The notes below the pieces were generated by a model, which was not told where the DNA came from, searched no databases, and was given only the letters and a program-made list of their open reading frames with translations. The position numbers were made by a program, and so were the translations under genes. Shown piece by piece: positions 18,230 to 27,374 of a stretch of 64,000 nt of DNA. Origin of the DNA: an uncultured bacterium (GTDB taxonomy: Bacteria; Patescibacteriota; Minisyncoccia; Phycocordibacterales; DATDWN01); contig CAIOTC010000020.1 in assembly GCA_903861205.1 (NCBI GenBank), forward strand, positions 39,976-103,975, written 5' to 3'. Numbering within the stretch: the stretch's first letter is position 1; each line of letters starts with the position of its first letter.

Positions 18230-18440
18230 CATTCTTCTCATCAGCGGCGGGCCAGGGATAAGGATATTCTGCCCTAGCTTCCGGCTAGGGCGAGCGATAG
18301 AAGCGAGGGAAAGTCGGCAATGAGCCGAAACCTCAAGACTGACATCGCGTCAAACACCGGCGGTGGGGGCATGGCAAAGCGCGAAACTTGCCCCCACAAA
18401 CCATTTCACAACGCGAGCTACGGCTCGTGTTTTTCTTTTT
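18230..18440 (+). ncRNA. candidate structured noncoding RNA 2 (family unassigned), ending in a terminator just upstream of the uvrB promoter
   Basis: Hairpins ccctagc-ttccg-gctaggg and gtgggggca-...-tgcccccac, and a gagggaaagtcggc motif weakly reminiscent of the RNase P P4 strand. Terminator cgagc-tacg-gctcg followed by tgtttttcttttt at 18411-18440. Confidence 0.25.
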
Positions 18441-18445
18441 CAATC

Positions 18446-18459
18446 TACGCTATAGCGTA
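18446..18459. promoter_or_regulatory. perfect 14-nt palindrome TACGCTATAGCGTA upstream of uvrB; its half-site TAGCGTA recurs overlapping the uvrB ATG
   Basis: Palindrome seen directly. Third half-site at 18499-18505. Candidate operator of a DNA-repair gene. Confidence 0.35.
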
Positions 18460-18505
18460 AATCATAAATTTTTATTTTTCATATTTATGTTGTATTGTGT
18501 AGCGT

Positions 18506-20590
18506 ATGCAATTTAAGATAAAAAAAGATTTTCAACCTGCTGGTGATCAGCCACAGGCGATTGAGAAGCTGGTCAGTGGTGTCAAAAAAGGTCTGAAGCA
18601 CCAGACCCTTTTGGGCGTGACCGGAAGCGGAAAAACTTTCACCGTGGCCAATGTTATCCAGGAAATTCAGAAGCCGACGTTGGTCATTGCCCACAACAAA
18701 ACTTTGGCCGCTCAACTGGCGCAGGAGTATCGCGAATTTTTTCCCGAAAATGCCGTGCACTATTTTGTTTCGTACTACGACTACTATCAGCCGGAAGCTT
18801 ACATGCCTGTTTCGGACACATACATAGAAAAGGAAGCGATGATAAACCAGGAAATTGAACGTTTGCGACACGCCTCGACGCAGGCGCTTCTGACGCGCAA
18901 AGATGTCATTATTGTGGCGTCTGTTTCGTGCATTTACGGCCTCGGTTCGCCGGTGGAGTATGAAAAAGTTAATTTGAAAATTGGCGTAGGCGAGCGAGTT
19001 TCCCGCGCAGAATTCATCCGCAAACTAATCGACATTCATTTCGAACGCACTACGGCGGATTTGTCGCCGGGACAGTTTCGGGCTATCGGCAACATGGTGG
19101 AAATCATGCCAGTGTCGGAAAAGTGCATTTTTAGAATTGAAATCGAAAATAGTAAAATCGAGAAAATTTTAAAAATCGACGCGATAACGAGAACGATTTT
19201 GGAAGAGACACAAGTTTTCTTTTTGTTTCCAGCCAAACATTTTATTTCCACCAAAGAACAAAGCGCGCAGGCTTTCAAAACAATCAAAGCGGAATTGGCC
19301 GGGCAATTGAAAAAATTTGAAAAGGAGGGAAAACTTTTGGAGGCGGAACGTCTCAAGCGACGAACGAGCTACGACTTGGCGCTTATTCGAGAGATTGGAT
19401 ATTGCAACGGAATCGAAAACTATTCGCGGCATTTTTCCGGCAAGTCAGCGGGCGAACCGCCGGACACTTTGTTGTCGTACTTCCCACATAAGGCTGATGG
19501 CTCGGCTGATTTTTTAACTATCATCGACGAGTCGCACGTTTCTGTCCCTCAAATTGGCGCGATGTACAACGGCGACGCGGCGCGCAAGCAAGCTCTGGTG
19601 GACTATGGTTTTCGCTTACCGAGTTGTCGTGATAATAGGCCTTTGAAGTTTGAAGAATTTGAACAGCGAGTTGGTCAGACGATTTACACCAGCGCCACGC
19701 CGAGCGATTACGAACGTGAGCACAGCACACAAGTGGTGGAGCAGGTTATTCGCCCGACCGGGCTTATCGATCCGGTGGTGGAGGTGCGCCCAATAGTGAG
19801 TGGAAAAGTGTCAAGGGTGCCCCTTGCCATGCGAAGCCAAATGGCAAAGGGCACCTTTGACACGAGTGAGAACTATCCCGGCCAGATTGCCGACTTCATT
19901 GTCGAAGCTGAAGAAAATATCAAGGCTGGCGGACGAGTGATTGCCACGACGCTGACCAAAAAAATGGCGGAGGACTTGTCGGAATATTTGAAAGAAAAAG
20001 GGATTAAAGCCGAATATTTGCACAGCGACATCAAAACGATCGAGCGAATCGAGATTTTGACCAACTTACGTAAAGGGCCGGAAAACGGTGGTTTTGATGT
20101 GCTTGTCGGAGTGAACTTGCTCCGCGAAGGTTTGGATTTGCCGGAGGTGACACTCATCGGCATTTTGGACGCGGACAAGGAGGGATTTTTGCGTAGCGAC
20201 ACATCGCTCATTCAAATCATCGGCCGCGCCGCCAGAAATGTAAAAGGCAAAGTGATTTTATACGCCGACAGCGTGACCAAGTCGATGAAATTTGCTATGG
20301 ATGAAACGAATCGCCGCCGAGCAATCCAGATTGCTTACAATACAAAACACGGCATCACTCCGAAAACGATTATTAAAAAAATTCAGGATATCACCGACCA
20401 ACTGCAATCCAAACACCAAAAAACTGTCAAAGAACTTTTAACCTTCGATATTAAAACGGAAAAAAATATCAAGTCGGTTATAAAATACAAAGAAAAACAG
20501 CTGAACTCCGCCGTCAAAATCCTCGACTTCGAAACAGCAGCGCTTTTGCGTGACGAAATTGTGGAGTTGACAAAGTTGGTGGAAAAATAA
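18506..20590 (+). CDS. uvrB: excinuclease ABC subunit B
   Basis: 694 aa with helicase motifs GVTGSGKT and DESH, a beta-hairpin region and the C-terminal UvrB/UvrC interaction motif (...AAL LRDEI...). Confidence 0.95.
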   Translation: MQFKIKKDFQPAGDQPQAIEKLVSGVKKGLKHQTLLGVTGSGKTFTVANVIQEIQKPTLVIAHNKTLAAQLAQEYREFFPENAVHYFVSYYDYYQPEAYMPVSDTYIEKEAMINQEIERLRHASTQALLTRKDVIIVASVSCIYGLGSPVEYEKVNLKIGVGERVSRAEFIRKLIDIHFERTTADLSPGQFRAIGNMVEIMPVSEKCIFRIEIENSKIEKILKIDAITRTILEETQVFFLFPAKHFISTKEQSAQAFKTIKAELAGQLKKFEKEGKLLEAERLKRRTSYDLALIREIGYCNGIENYSRHFSGKSAGEPPDTLLSYFPHKADGSADFLTIIDESHVSVPQIGAMYNGDAARKQALVDYGFRLPSCRDNRPLKFEEFEQRVGQTIYTSATPSDYEREHSTQVVEQVIRPTGLIDPVVEVRPIVSGKVSRVPLAMRSQMAKGTFDTSENYPGQIADFIVEAEENIKAGGRVIATTLTKKMAEDLSEYLKEKGIKAEYLHSDIKTIERIEILTNLRKGPENGGFDVLVGVNLLREGLDLPEVTLIGILDADKEGFLRSDTSLIQIIGRAARNVKGKVILYADSVTKSMKFAMDETNRRRAIQIAYNTKHGITPKTIIKKIQDITDQLQSKHQKTVKELLTFDIKTEKNIKSVIKYKEKQLNSAVKILDFETAALLRDEIVELTKLVEK

Positions 20591-20627
20591 AAGTGCGCAG
20601 CCGTGGCCGCACACTGATAAAAAGCTT

Positions 20628-20993
20628 TTACCATTCTGAGAAATGTTTAGGAATCGGACGATCTCCGACCAATCGTGTCTGTTCTCTAATCAGGCGTTGC
20701 CGGAGAGATTTGATATCAGAAATCAGTTCAAGGCGCGGATCATCTTCTTCGCCTTGGTACAACTCAGAATTGCACATCACATAGTTGACTATGTAACGGA
20801 ATTCTTCCATCGAAATTTCTTTTCCTGCTATTAACAATTTGTTGTAGCAAGGTAAAGTCATCACGGACAACTGGTCATTTCCTTCACCGACAACAAGTGA
20901 CATACAAGTACCTCCGGAGAAAAGACTACATTTATTTGCAAAAATAGTCAATGGTGCTATAATAACTCTGTTACACGTACACCCAATGGGCAA
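20628..20993 (-). CDS. hypothetical protein (121 aa)
   Basis: ORF convergent with uvrB and divergent from uvrA. No recognisable domain. Confidence 0.4.
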   Translation of the reverse strand: MPIGCTCNRVIIAPLTIFANKCSLFSGGTCMSLVVGEGNDQLSVMTLPCYNKLLIAGKEISMEEFRYIVNYVMCNSELYQGEEDDPRLELISDIKSLRQRLIREQTRLVGDRPIPKHFSEW

Positions 20994-21148
20994 TCCATGG
21001 GCGTGTTTCTGTATATTTCTGATGCGTTTCTGTCATTCCCGCGAAGAGCCTGTCCTCGACCTGATCGGGGACGGGAATCCAGACTTAAAATGTAACCTAG
21101 ATTCCAGCCTGCGCGGGAATGACATGAAAAAGTGGGAATGACAAAAAT

Positions 21149-23917
21149 ATGAAAAAAGAACAAAAAATAATCGGCGAAAAAATAATCGTCAAAGGCGCGC
21201 GGACACATAACTTGAAAAACATCACGGTGGAGATGCCGCGTAATAAGATGATTGCTTTCACCGGATTGTCTGGAAGTGGCAAATCGTCGCTGGCTTTTGA
21301 CACTATTTTTGCCGAGGGTCAGCGCCGATACGTGGAGTCGCTTTCGTCGTACGCGCGGCAGTTTTTGCGCCAAATGCAAAAGCCGGACGTGGATGAGATT
21401 GTTGGTCTTTCGCCGGCAATTTCCATTGATCAGAAATCGCGTTCAAACAATCCGCGTTCGACCGTGGCGACCATCACCGAGATCTACGACTACTTGCGCA
21501 TTTTGTATTCGCGCGTCGGACATCCGCACTGTTTGGTTTGCGGTGAGGAAATCAAAAAACTTTCCAACGAGGAAATCAAAAATTTTGTGCTGGAAAAAAT
21601 CGCGGTATACAAGAAGGATATTAAATCTAAGAATTTGTTGACACTTAGTGTCGGGGACGGGAAAATGGCGGTGAAAAAAGAAGATCAAATCAAGCAAGCT
21701 ATTTCTGATGCGAAAAATCGAATGTACATAGAGATTTTTGCGCCGGTGGTGCGAGGACGAAAGGGCGAATACTACCAGTTGCTTTACGATTTGCTCGGCA
21801 AAGGTTACTCGCATGTGCTCGTCGACGGAGTTCGCAAATCTTTGCGCGACAGAATTGAGCTGACAAAAACAAAACGGCACTCAATTGACGTTTTGGTCGA
21901 CAGCATCAGCATGTTGGATTTTGTAAATGATCAAAAAAGCGCCGAGGAAAGGTTGTCGGAAGATTTGGAAAAAGCTCTGCATGAGTCCGATGGTGTCGTT
22001 CGAATCGTTTTTAAAGGTGAGGATTCGTTGACACCCGGTGTCAAAGTCTCCCAGACACCGGGTGTCAACGAATCTGCAGAAAAAGAATTTTTCATGTCCA
22101 ATAAACTTTCGTGTCCAAACGACGGCTATTCATATCCGGAAGTTGAACCTCGGTTGTTTTCTTTCAACTCGCCGTATGGCGCTTGCCCGGAATGCAACGG
22201 TCTCGGTACACGATATTTTTTTAGCAAGGAAGTTTGTCCGGTCTGCCACGGCGCGCGATTGCGACCGGAAGCGCTCCATGTGACTTTGGGTAATAGCCCT
22301 AGGTCTCACCTAGGGCAGAATATTAATGGTCTAAATATTGTGGAACTGACAGCCATGTCAATCAAAGACTGCTACGATTTTTTTGAACATCTCAAATTGA
22401 CCGAGCGCGAAAAAAGTATCTCCAAAGTGGTTTTGCGAGAAATCGAATCGCGTTTGCTTTTCATGCTCAACGTCGGCATCGAATATCTCCAGCTCGATCG
22501 CCGAGCTCATACACTTTCTGGCGGAGAAGCCCAGCGTATTCGCTTGGCGTCACAACTTGGCTCGGGACTCGTCGGCGCGTTGTATGTACTCGACGAACCG
22601 ACCATCGGACTTCATTCCCGCGACAACGCTCGGTTGGTGGAAACTTTGCTCGAGTTGCGCAATCTCGGCAATACTATAATAGTGGTCGAGCACGACGAGG
22701 ACACAATTTTTGCTTCGGATTATTTGGTGGACATCGGACCAAAAGCTGGCGTGCACGGCGGGGAAGTGGTGGTTGCCGGGTATCTTGACGAACTTATCTC
22801 GGCAAAAAAGAACGAGTCTGGATCGCTCACGCTGGATTATTTGCGCGGTGACAAAATTATTGAGTTGCCTGAGTCTCGTCGAGAGTCGCCAAAAGGTGAG
22901 TTACAAATTCGCGGTGGAAAAATTTTCAATATTAAAAATTTGAATGTCGATTTGCCGCTGGGGAAATTTGTGGCGGTGACTGGTGTGTCCGGCTCTGGCA
23001 AGTCGTCTTTTGTTTACGAAATTTTGCACAAAAATTTGCAGGCGCGTTTTGAGCGTAAATATCGCAGCGCCGAAATTTTCAACTGCAAATCTTTCGCCGG
23101 AACCGAATATCTCGGCCGAGCCATTTTGATCGACCAGTCGCCGATTGGCCGAACCCCGCGCAGCAATCCAGCCACTTACACAGGCAGTTGGACGTTTATT
23201 CGCCAACTTTTCGCCGAAACTGCCGAGGCGCGAGCGCGCGGATGGAAAGCCAACAGATTTTCATTTAACGTCAAAGGTGGGCGGTGCGAAGTTTGCGGCG
23301 GCAACGGAGAAATTGAAGTGGAGATGCACTTTTTGCCGACGGTTTACGTGCCGTGCGATGTCTGTCACGGCCGGCGATTTACCAAAGAAACGTTGGAAGT
23401 AAAATACAAGCACAAAAATATTTACGACGTGCTTTCGATGACTGTCGAGGAGGCGCTGAAATTTTTCGAGGACATTCCAGCGGTGGCCGATCGTTTGAGA
23501 ACACTCAATGAAGTTGGCCTCGGATATTTGCAACTTGGCCAGTCAGCTACAACACTTTCGGGCGGTGAAGCCCAACGCGTCAAAATTTCCAGCGAGCTTT
23601 ATCGTCCGCACTTGCAGAAAACGATTTACTTGCTCGACGAGCCGACGATCGGTTTGCATTACGAGGACGTTAAAAAACTGATCGAAATTTTGCAAACCTT
23701 GGTCAATCACGGAAACACGGTGGTGGTTATTGAGCATAACATGGATATTATCAAGTCATGCGATTATGTCATCGACATCGGACCGGAAGGCGGAGATGGT
23801 GGCGGACAACTGGTGGCCAAAGGCACGCCGGAGGAAATAGCGAACACAGAGAAATCCTACACCGGGCAGTATCTCAGGAAAGCACTCAAGCAATACAAAG
23901 CGTACCGCTCGCATTAA
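21149..23917 (+). CDS. uvrA: excinuclease ABC subunit A
   Basis: 922 aa with two ABC modules (GLSGSGKSS / [17 protein letters not shown] twice) and zinc-finger Cys clusters. Confidence 0.95.
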   Translation: MKKEQKIIGEKIIVKGARTHNLKNITVEMPRNKMIAFTGLSGSGKSSLAFDTIFAEGQRRYVESLSSYARQFLRQMQKPDVDEIVGLSPAISIDQKSRSNNPRSTVATITEIYDYLRILYSRVGHPHCLVCGEEIKKLSNEEIKNFVLEKIAVYKKDIKSKNLLTLSVGDGKMAVKKEDQIKQAISDAKNRMYIEIFAPVVRGRKGEYYQLLYDLLGKGYSHVLVDGVRKSLRDRIELTKTKRHSIDVLVDSISMLDFVNDQKSAEERLSEDLEKALHESDGVVRIVFKGEDSLTPGVKVSQTPGVNESAEKEFFMSNKLSCPNDGYSYPEVEPRLFSFNSPYGACPECNGLGTRYFFSKEVCPVCHGARLRPEALHVTLGNSPRSHLGQNINGLNIVELTAMSIKDCYDFFEHLKLTEREKSISKVVLREIESRLLFMLNVGIEYLQLDRRAHTLSGGEAQRIRLASQLGSGLVGALYVLDEPTIGLHSRDNARLVETLLELRNLGNTIIVVEHDEDTIFASDYLVDIGPKAGVHGGEVVVAGYLDELISAKKNESGSLTLDYLRGDKIIELPESRRESPKGELQIRGGKIFNIKNLNVDLPLGKFVAVTGVSGSGKSSFVYEILHKNLQARFERKYRSAEIFNCKSFAGTEYLGRAILIDQSPIGRTPRSNPATYTGSWTFIRQLFAETAEARARGWKANRFSFNVKGGRCEVCGGNGEIEVEMHFLPTVYVPCDVCHGRRFTKETLEVKYKHKNIYDVLSMTVEEALKFFEDIPAVADRLRTLNEVGLGYLQLGQSATTLSGGEAQRVKISSELYRPHLQKTIYLLDEPTIGLHYEDVKKLIEILQTLVNHGNTVVVIEHNMDIIKSCDYVIDIGPEGGDGGGQLVAKGTPEEIANTEKSYTGQYLRKALKQYKAYRSH
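22022..22074. repeat. 53-nt perfect palindrome made of two inverted copies of gattcgttgacacccggtgtc inside uvrA (encodes [17 protein letters not shown])
   Basis: gattcgttgacacccggtgtcaaagtctcccagacaccgggtgtcaacgaatc. Same repeat family as 14709, 15502, 24838 and 56373. Confidence 0.8.
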
Positions 23918-24062
23918 TCCTCCTTTTTTAAAGGAGGTGCCCGCAGGGCGGAGGATTTTTTGAATTCAAAATCCCTCGGCCTTTGGCCACTCCCTTTAGG
24001 AAAGGGAGAATTAAATCCAAGACAAAAAGAAAAGGCGCCGGGATCTCCGGCACCTCTGGCGG

Positions 24063-24278
24063 CTAATCGAAATCTAGAGGGTTGATTTTCAGCCCTCGCC
24101 GTCGAGCTTCTCTCATGGTCCTTATGGAAAGAATCGTGAGTAAATCTTCCGGCGACCCCTCCCCGCTAATCTGAAAAATAATTTCTACGCCGGGTTGCGC
24201 GACGTATGTTTCGCCCCATAATCTAAAGTGGGGCATAATATCATTACCTAATTTGACTACATAAATCGTTCCTTGCAT
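24063..24278 (-). CDS. hypothetical small protein (71 aa)
   Basis: GGAGGAA RBS 5 nt upstream of the ATG on the minus strand. Hairpin-rich terminator region downstream. Confidence 0.4.
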   Translation of the reverse strand: MQGTIYVVKLGNDIMPHFRLWGETYVAQPGVEIIFQISGEGSPEDLLTILSIRTMREARRRGLKINPLDFD

Positions 24279-24313
24279 GTGCTTCCTCCGATAATTATGA
24301 TATAATAGATAAA

Positions 24314-25660
24314 ATGAATAGTCAAGCCATCAAAAAGAAAATAGCCAGGTTGCCGGATGCGCCTGGGGTGTATCAATTTTTGCGAGGGAAAAAGATTCTT
24401 TACATCGGTAAAGCGACATCTCTGCGCGATAGGGTGCGGAGCTATTTTGCCGGGGATATTGAAGTCACTCGCGGACCGCTAATTTCTAAAATGCTTGGGC
24501 GATTCGACGATATCAAATTTCAGAAAACTGATTCCGTTTTGGAAGCACTGATTTTGGAAGCGAATCTCATCAAAAAATATCAGCCGGAGGCCAACACAAT
24601 GGAAAAGGACGACAAAAGTTTTAATTTTGTTGTGATTACCGACGAGAATTTCCCGCGTGTTCTCGTTGTCCGCGGCAGGGAATTAGAAACATCGAGTGTC
24701 GGCGGCGAAGCAACGCAGTCACTTGGTGTTGGGAAATTATTGTATTCCTTCGGTCCCTTCACCAACGGCAGACAACTCAAGGAGGCAATGAAAATCGTCC
24801 GCAAACTTTTTCCATACCGCGATAGGTGTCAACCTGTGGACACCGGGTGTCAACGAAAAGGAGGGCTAAAAATAAGGCCATGTTTCAATCGCCAGCTCGG
24901 ATTGTGTCCGGGGGTTTGCACGGGAGAAATTAGCAAAAAAGATTATGCAAAAACGATAAAGAACATCAGGTTATTTTTTGAAGGTAATAAAAAACAAATC
25001 GTTAAAAATTTGGAAAAAGAAATGAAAATTTTGGCCAAAAATCGCGAGTTTGAAAAAGCCGGAAAAATAAAAAATAAAATATTCGCTTTGAATCATATCC
25101 GCGATGTGGCGCTGATTAAAAATGCGGATTCCCAAGGTCTGGCCTTTAATGCCCAATTCCCCAAGGACAGACCTTTGAATGCAGGGTTCAGAATTGAATC
25201 CTACGACGTTGCGCACATGTCAGGGCAAAATGTTGTCGGGGTGATGACGGTGGTGGAAAACGGCGAGACCAAAAAATCAGATTACAGAAAATTTAAAATT
25301 CGAGAAAATCCGGGAGTGAATGACACCAAAGCATTGGCGGAAATTTTGACGAGACGACTCGGGCACATCGAGTGGTCTTTGCCGAATCTGATCGTCGTTG
25401 ATGGGGGAGTGGCACAGAGAAATGTTGCAGAGAAAGTGCTGAAAGAAAACGGCGCGCAAATTCCCGTTGTGTCGGTTGTGAAAGACGATCATCACCGACC
25501 AAAACAAATTCTCGGTGACCCCGGTAGCAGAGCAAAGCTCGCTACGGGGCAGGCCGGCGGTTGGAATGAAATTGAGAGGCAGATTTTATTGGCTAACTCT
25601 GAAGCGCATCGCTTCGCCCTATCTTTTCATAAGCAATTAAGAAGTAAAAATTACCACTGA
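24314..25660 (+). CDS. uvrC: excinuclease ABC subunit C, short form (GIY-YIG plus RNase H-like endonuclease, no C-terminal HhH domain)
   Basis: GIY-YIG motif VYQFLRG...ILYIGKA...R, UvrB-interacting region and endonuclease motif ESYDVAHMSGQNVVGV. 448 aa against about 600 for typical UvrC. Contains two different repeat elements. Confidence 0.8.
   Translation: MNSQAIKKKIARLPDAPGVYQFLRGKKILYIGKATSLRDRVRSYFAGDIEVTRGPLISKMLGRFDDIKFQKTDSVLEALILEANLIKKYQPEANTMEKDDKSFNFVVITDENFPRVLVVRGRELETSSVGGEATQSLGVGKLLYSFGPFTNGRQLKEAMKIVRKLFPYRDRCQPVDTGCQRKGGLKIRPCFNRQLGLCPGVCTGEISKKDYAKTIKNIRLFFEGNKKQIVKNLEKEMKILAKNREFEKAGKIKNKIFALNHIRDVALIKNADSQGLAFNAQFPKDRPLNAGFRIESYDVAHMSGQNVVGVMTVVENGETKKSDYRKFKIRENPGVNDTKALAEILTRRLGHIEWSLPNLIVVDGGVAQRNVAEKVLKENGAQIPVVSVVKDDHHRPKQILGDPGSRAKLATGQAGGWNEIERQILLANSEAHRFALSFHKQLRSKNYH
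24825..24872. repeat. palindromic repeat family copy inside uvrC (ggtgtcaacctgtggacaccgggtgtcaacgaaaaggagggctaaaaa; encodes VDTGCQRKGG)
   Basis: 31-nt match to the intergenic copy at 15501-15531. Confidence 0.75.
25131..25184. repeat. about 54-nt palindromic repeat element, copy 2, in frame inside uvrC (encodes SQGLAFNAQFPKDRPLNA)
   Basis: About 88% identical to the intergenic copy at 1122-1175. Confidence 0.7.
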
Positions 25661-25969
25661 GCAAATTTTGTCGAGCCAACACTTTTCCGGCGCATTGCGG
25701 AATGCGTGAAGACATGAGCAGGAAGAAAATTTTCACCAGAAAATTATTCTGGCGACGGAAAAGTGTTGGATTGTAAGAAATTTGCGACTATGACTTTTCC
25801 ACATTGCTTCAAAATTTTTTTTCTGTATAATGAACCCCGGATGTTCCTTCGATTTCTGCAGAAATCTTCGGGCCCTATTTGGGGCCATCATTTTTTAATT
25901 CGAATCCAATTGTCACGGGTCAGGCAGTTGGATTTTTGTGCACGTGAAATTTAATGTATAATAATATGC

Positions 25970-26950
25970 ATGCAAACGCTTCCAAATAATTTGCGCATCG
26001 GCGTCATTCGCGGCGGACCGTCGGCTGAGTATGATGTGTCACTTAAAAGTGGAGCCAATGTTTTGAAAACACTTTCGGAAACTCACAGGCCGTTGGATAT
26101 TTTCATTTCAAAAGACGGCACATGGCATGTGCAAGGAATTGTGCGAAGCCCTGAAAGAATTTTGCCTCACGTTGATGTCGTTTTTAACGCTTTGCATGGC
26201 GCGTTTGGCGAGGATGGCAAATTGCAAAAAATTTTAGATCATCACGGCGTCAAATACACCGGATCCAACTCGTATTCGTCAGCCATTTGCATGAACAAAG
26301 TTTTAAGCAAAGAAATTTTTATTAAACACGGACTGAAAACTCCACACTACGCGGTTATAAAAAGAAACGACGATATTGCTGAAAAAGTCAGAGAAATTTT
26401 CAAGACATTTGTAATGCCTGTTATCGTCAAACCGGCCGGCTCCGGATCATCAATCGGTGTGTCGGTTGTCAGAACGATTCCGGAAATAATTGATGCTGCG
26501 AGGTCAGCCTTCAAACATGGCACAAGTGTTTTGGTCGAGGAATTTATAAAAGGCAAGGAAGCGACATGCGCTGTAATGGAGGATTGGAGAGGTCAGCCAG
26601 TCTACGCGCTACTGCCGGTGGAAATAAGAATGAAAAATGAGGACAAATTTTTCGATTACGATTCAAAATATTCCGATGGCGCATGCGAGGAAATTTGCCC
26701 GGGGAAATTTTTGAAAGATGAAAAAAATGTGCTGGAAGAATGCGCCAGAAAAGCACACGAATCCTTACAATTGTCACATTATTCCAGATCAGATTTCATT
26801 GTCTCGCCAAACAGGGGAGTTTATATTTTGGAAACGAATTCCTTGCCTGGTTTGACCGATGAATCGCTTTTGCCCAAGTCGCTTTCGGCCGTCGGAATAT
26901 CCACGCGTGACTTTTTGCACCACGTTTTATCTCTTGCGATGAGTGGATAA
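25970..26950 (+). CDS. ddl: D-alanine--D-alanine ligase
   Basis: 326 aa with an ATP-grasp fold and conserved Ddl motifs (...HGAFGEDGKLQ..., ...EINSLPGLT...). Confidence 0.9.
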   Translation: MQTLPNNLRIGVIRGGPSAEYDVSLKSGANVLKTLSETHRPLDIFISKDGTWHVQGIVRSPERILPHVDVVFNALHGAFGEDGKLQKILDHHGVKYTGSNSYSSAICMNKVLSKEIFIKHGLKTPHYAVIKRNDDIAEKVREIFKTFVMPVIVKPAGSGSSIGVSVVRTIPEIIDAARSAFKHGTSVLVEEFIKGKEATCAVMEDWRGQPVYALLPVEIRMKNEDKFFDYDSKYSDGACEEICPGKFLKDEKNVLEECARKAHESLQLSHYSRSDFIVSPNRGVYILETNSLPGLTDESLLPKSLSAVGISTRDFLHHVLSLAMSG

Positions 26951-26975
26951 TTTTGTTATATTTCAGCTTGTGTTT

Positions 26976-27048
26976 GGGCCGTTAGCTCATCTGGTAGAGC
27001 ACTACATTTGCAATGTAGGGGTGGCAGGTTCGAGTCCTGTACGGTCCA
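26976..27048 (+). tRNA. tRNA-Ala (anticodon UGC)
   Basis: Acceptor GGGCCGT/ACGGTCC with a G3:U70 identity pair, D arm GCTCATCTGGTAGAGC, anticodon loop TTTGCAA, T arm GGCAGGTTCGAGTCCTGT. Confidence 0.85.
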
Positions 27049-27074
27049 CTTTTTATAAACTAACAAAAAATATT

Positions 27075-27275
27075 ATGGAAGCAGAAAAATGTTTGTGCAA
27101 GTGCAAAAAAGGCAACAGCACAATGGGCGGGATTTATGGCGTGGCATTTCTGGGCGCGCTGGTTTATTACATCCAACACGCGACGACGTTTTGGATGGGA
27201 GTTTTGGGCGTTCTCAAGGCGGCAGTCTGGCCGGCCATGCTGATCTACAAAGTTTTGTCGCTTTTGAAAATGTAA
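27075..27275 (+). CDS. small membrane protein (66 aa) with a CxCxC N-terminus
   Basis: ORF directly after tRNA-Ala (MEAEKCLCKCKKG...) with two predicted TM helices. The track ORF 26943..27275 spans the tRNA and is rejected. Confidence 0.35.
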   Translation: MEAEKCLCKCKKGNSTMGGIYGVAFLGALVYYIQHATTFWMGVLGVLKAAVWPAMLIYKVLSLLKM

Positions 27276-27374
27276 ATCGATTCATCTTTTCTTAATCCGC
27301 TCATATTATAATGTCCGCGTTGGTCGATTAAGTGGCTTAAATTAACTTAAATTAATTAGATAATAATTAAATTT

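Noticed and set aside
21029-21060. LexA SOS box or Cheo box at uvrA, uvrB and the lipase promoters (ctgtatatttctgat, gttctttgaaag)
   Set aside because: Neither matches CTGT-N8-ACAG or GAAC-N4-GTTC as a proper palindrome. Kept only as a low-interest regulatory note.
26943-27275. 110-aa plus-strand ORF spanning tRNA-Ala
   Set aside because: The ORF reads through the tRNA gene. Only its 3' part, 27075-27275 from an internal ATG, is kept as a possible small membrane protein.
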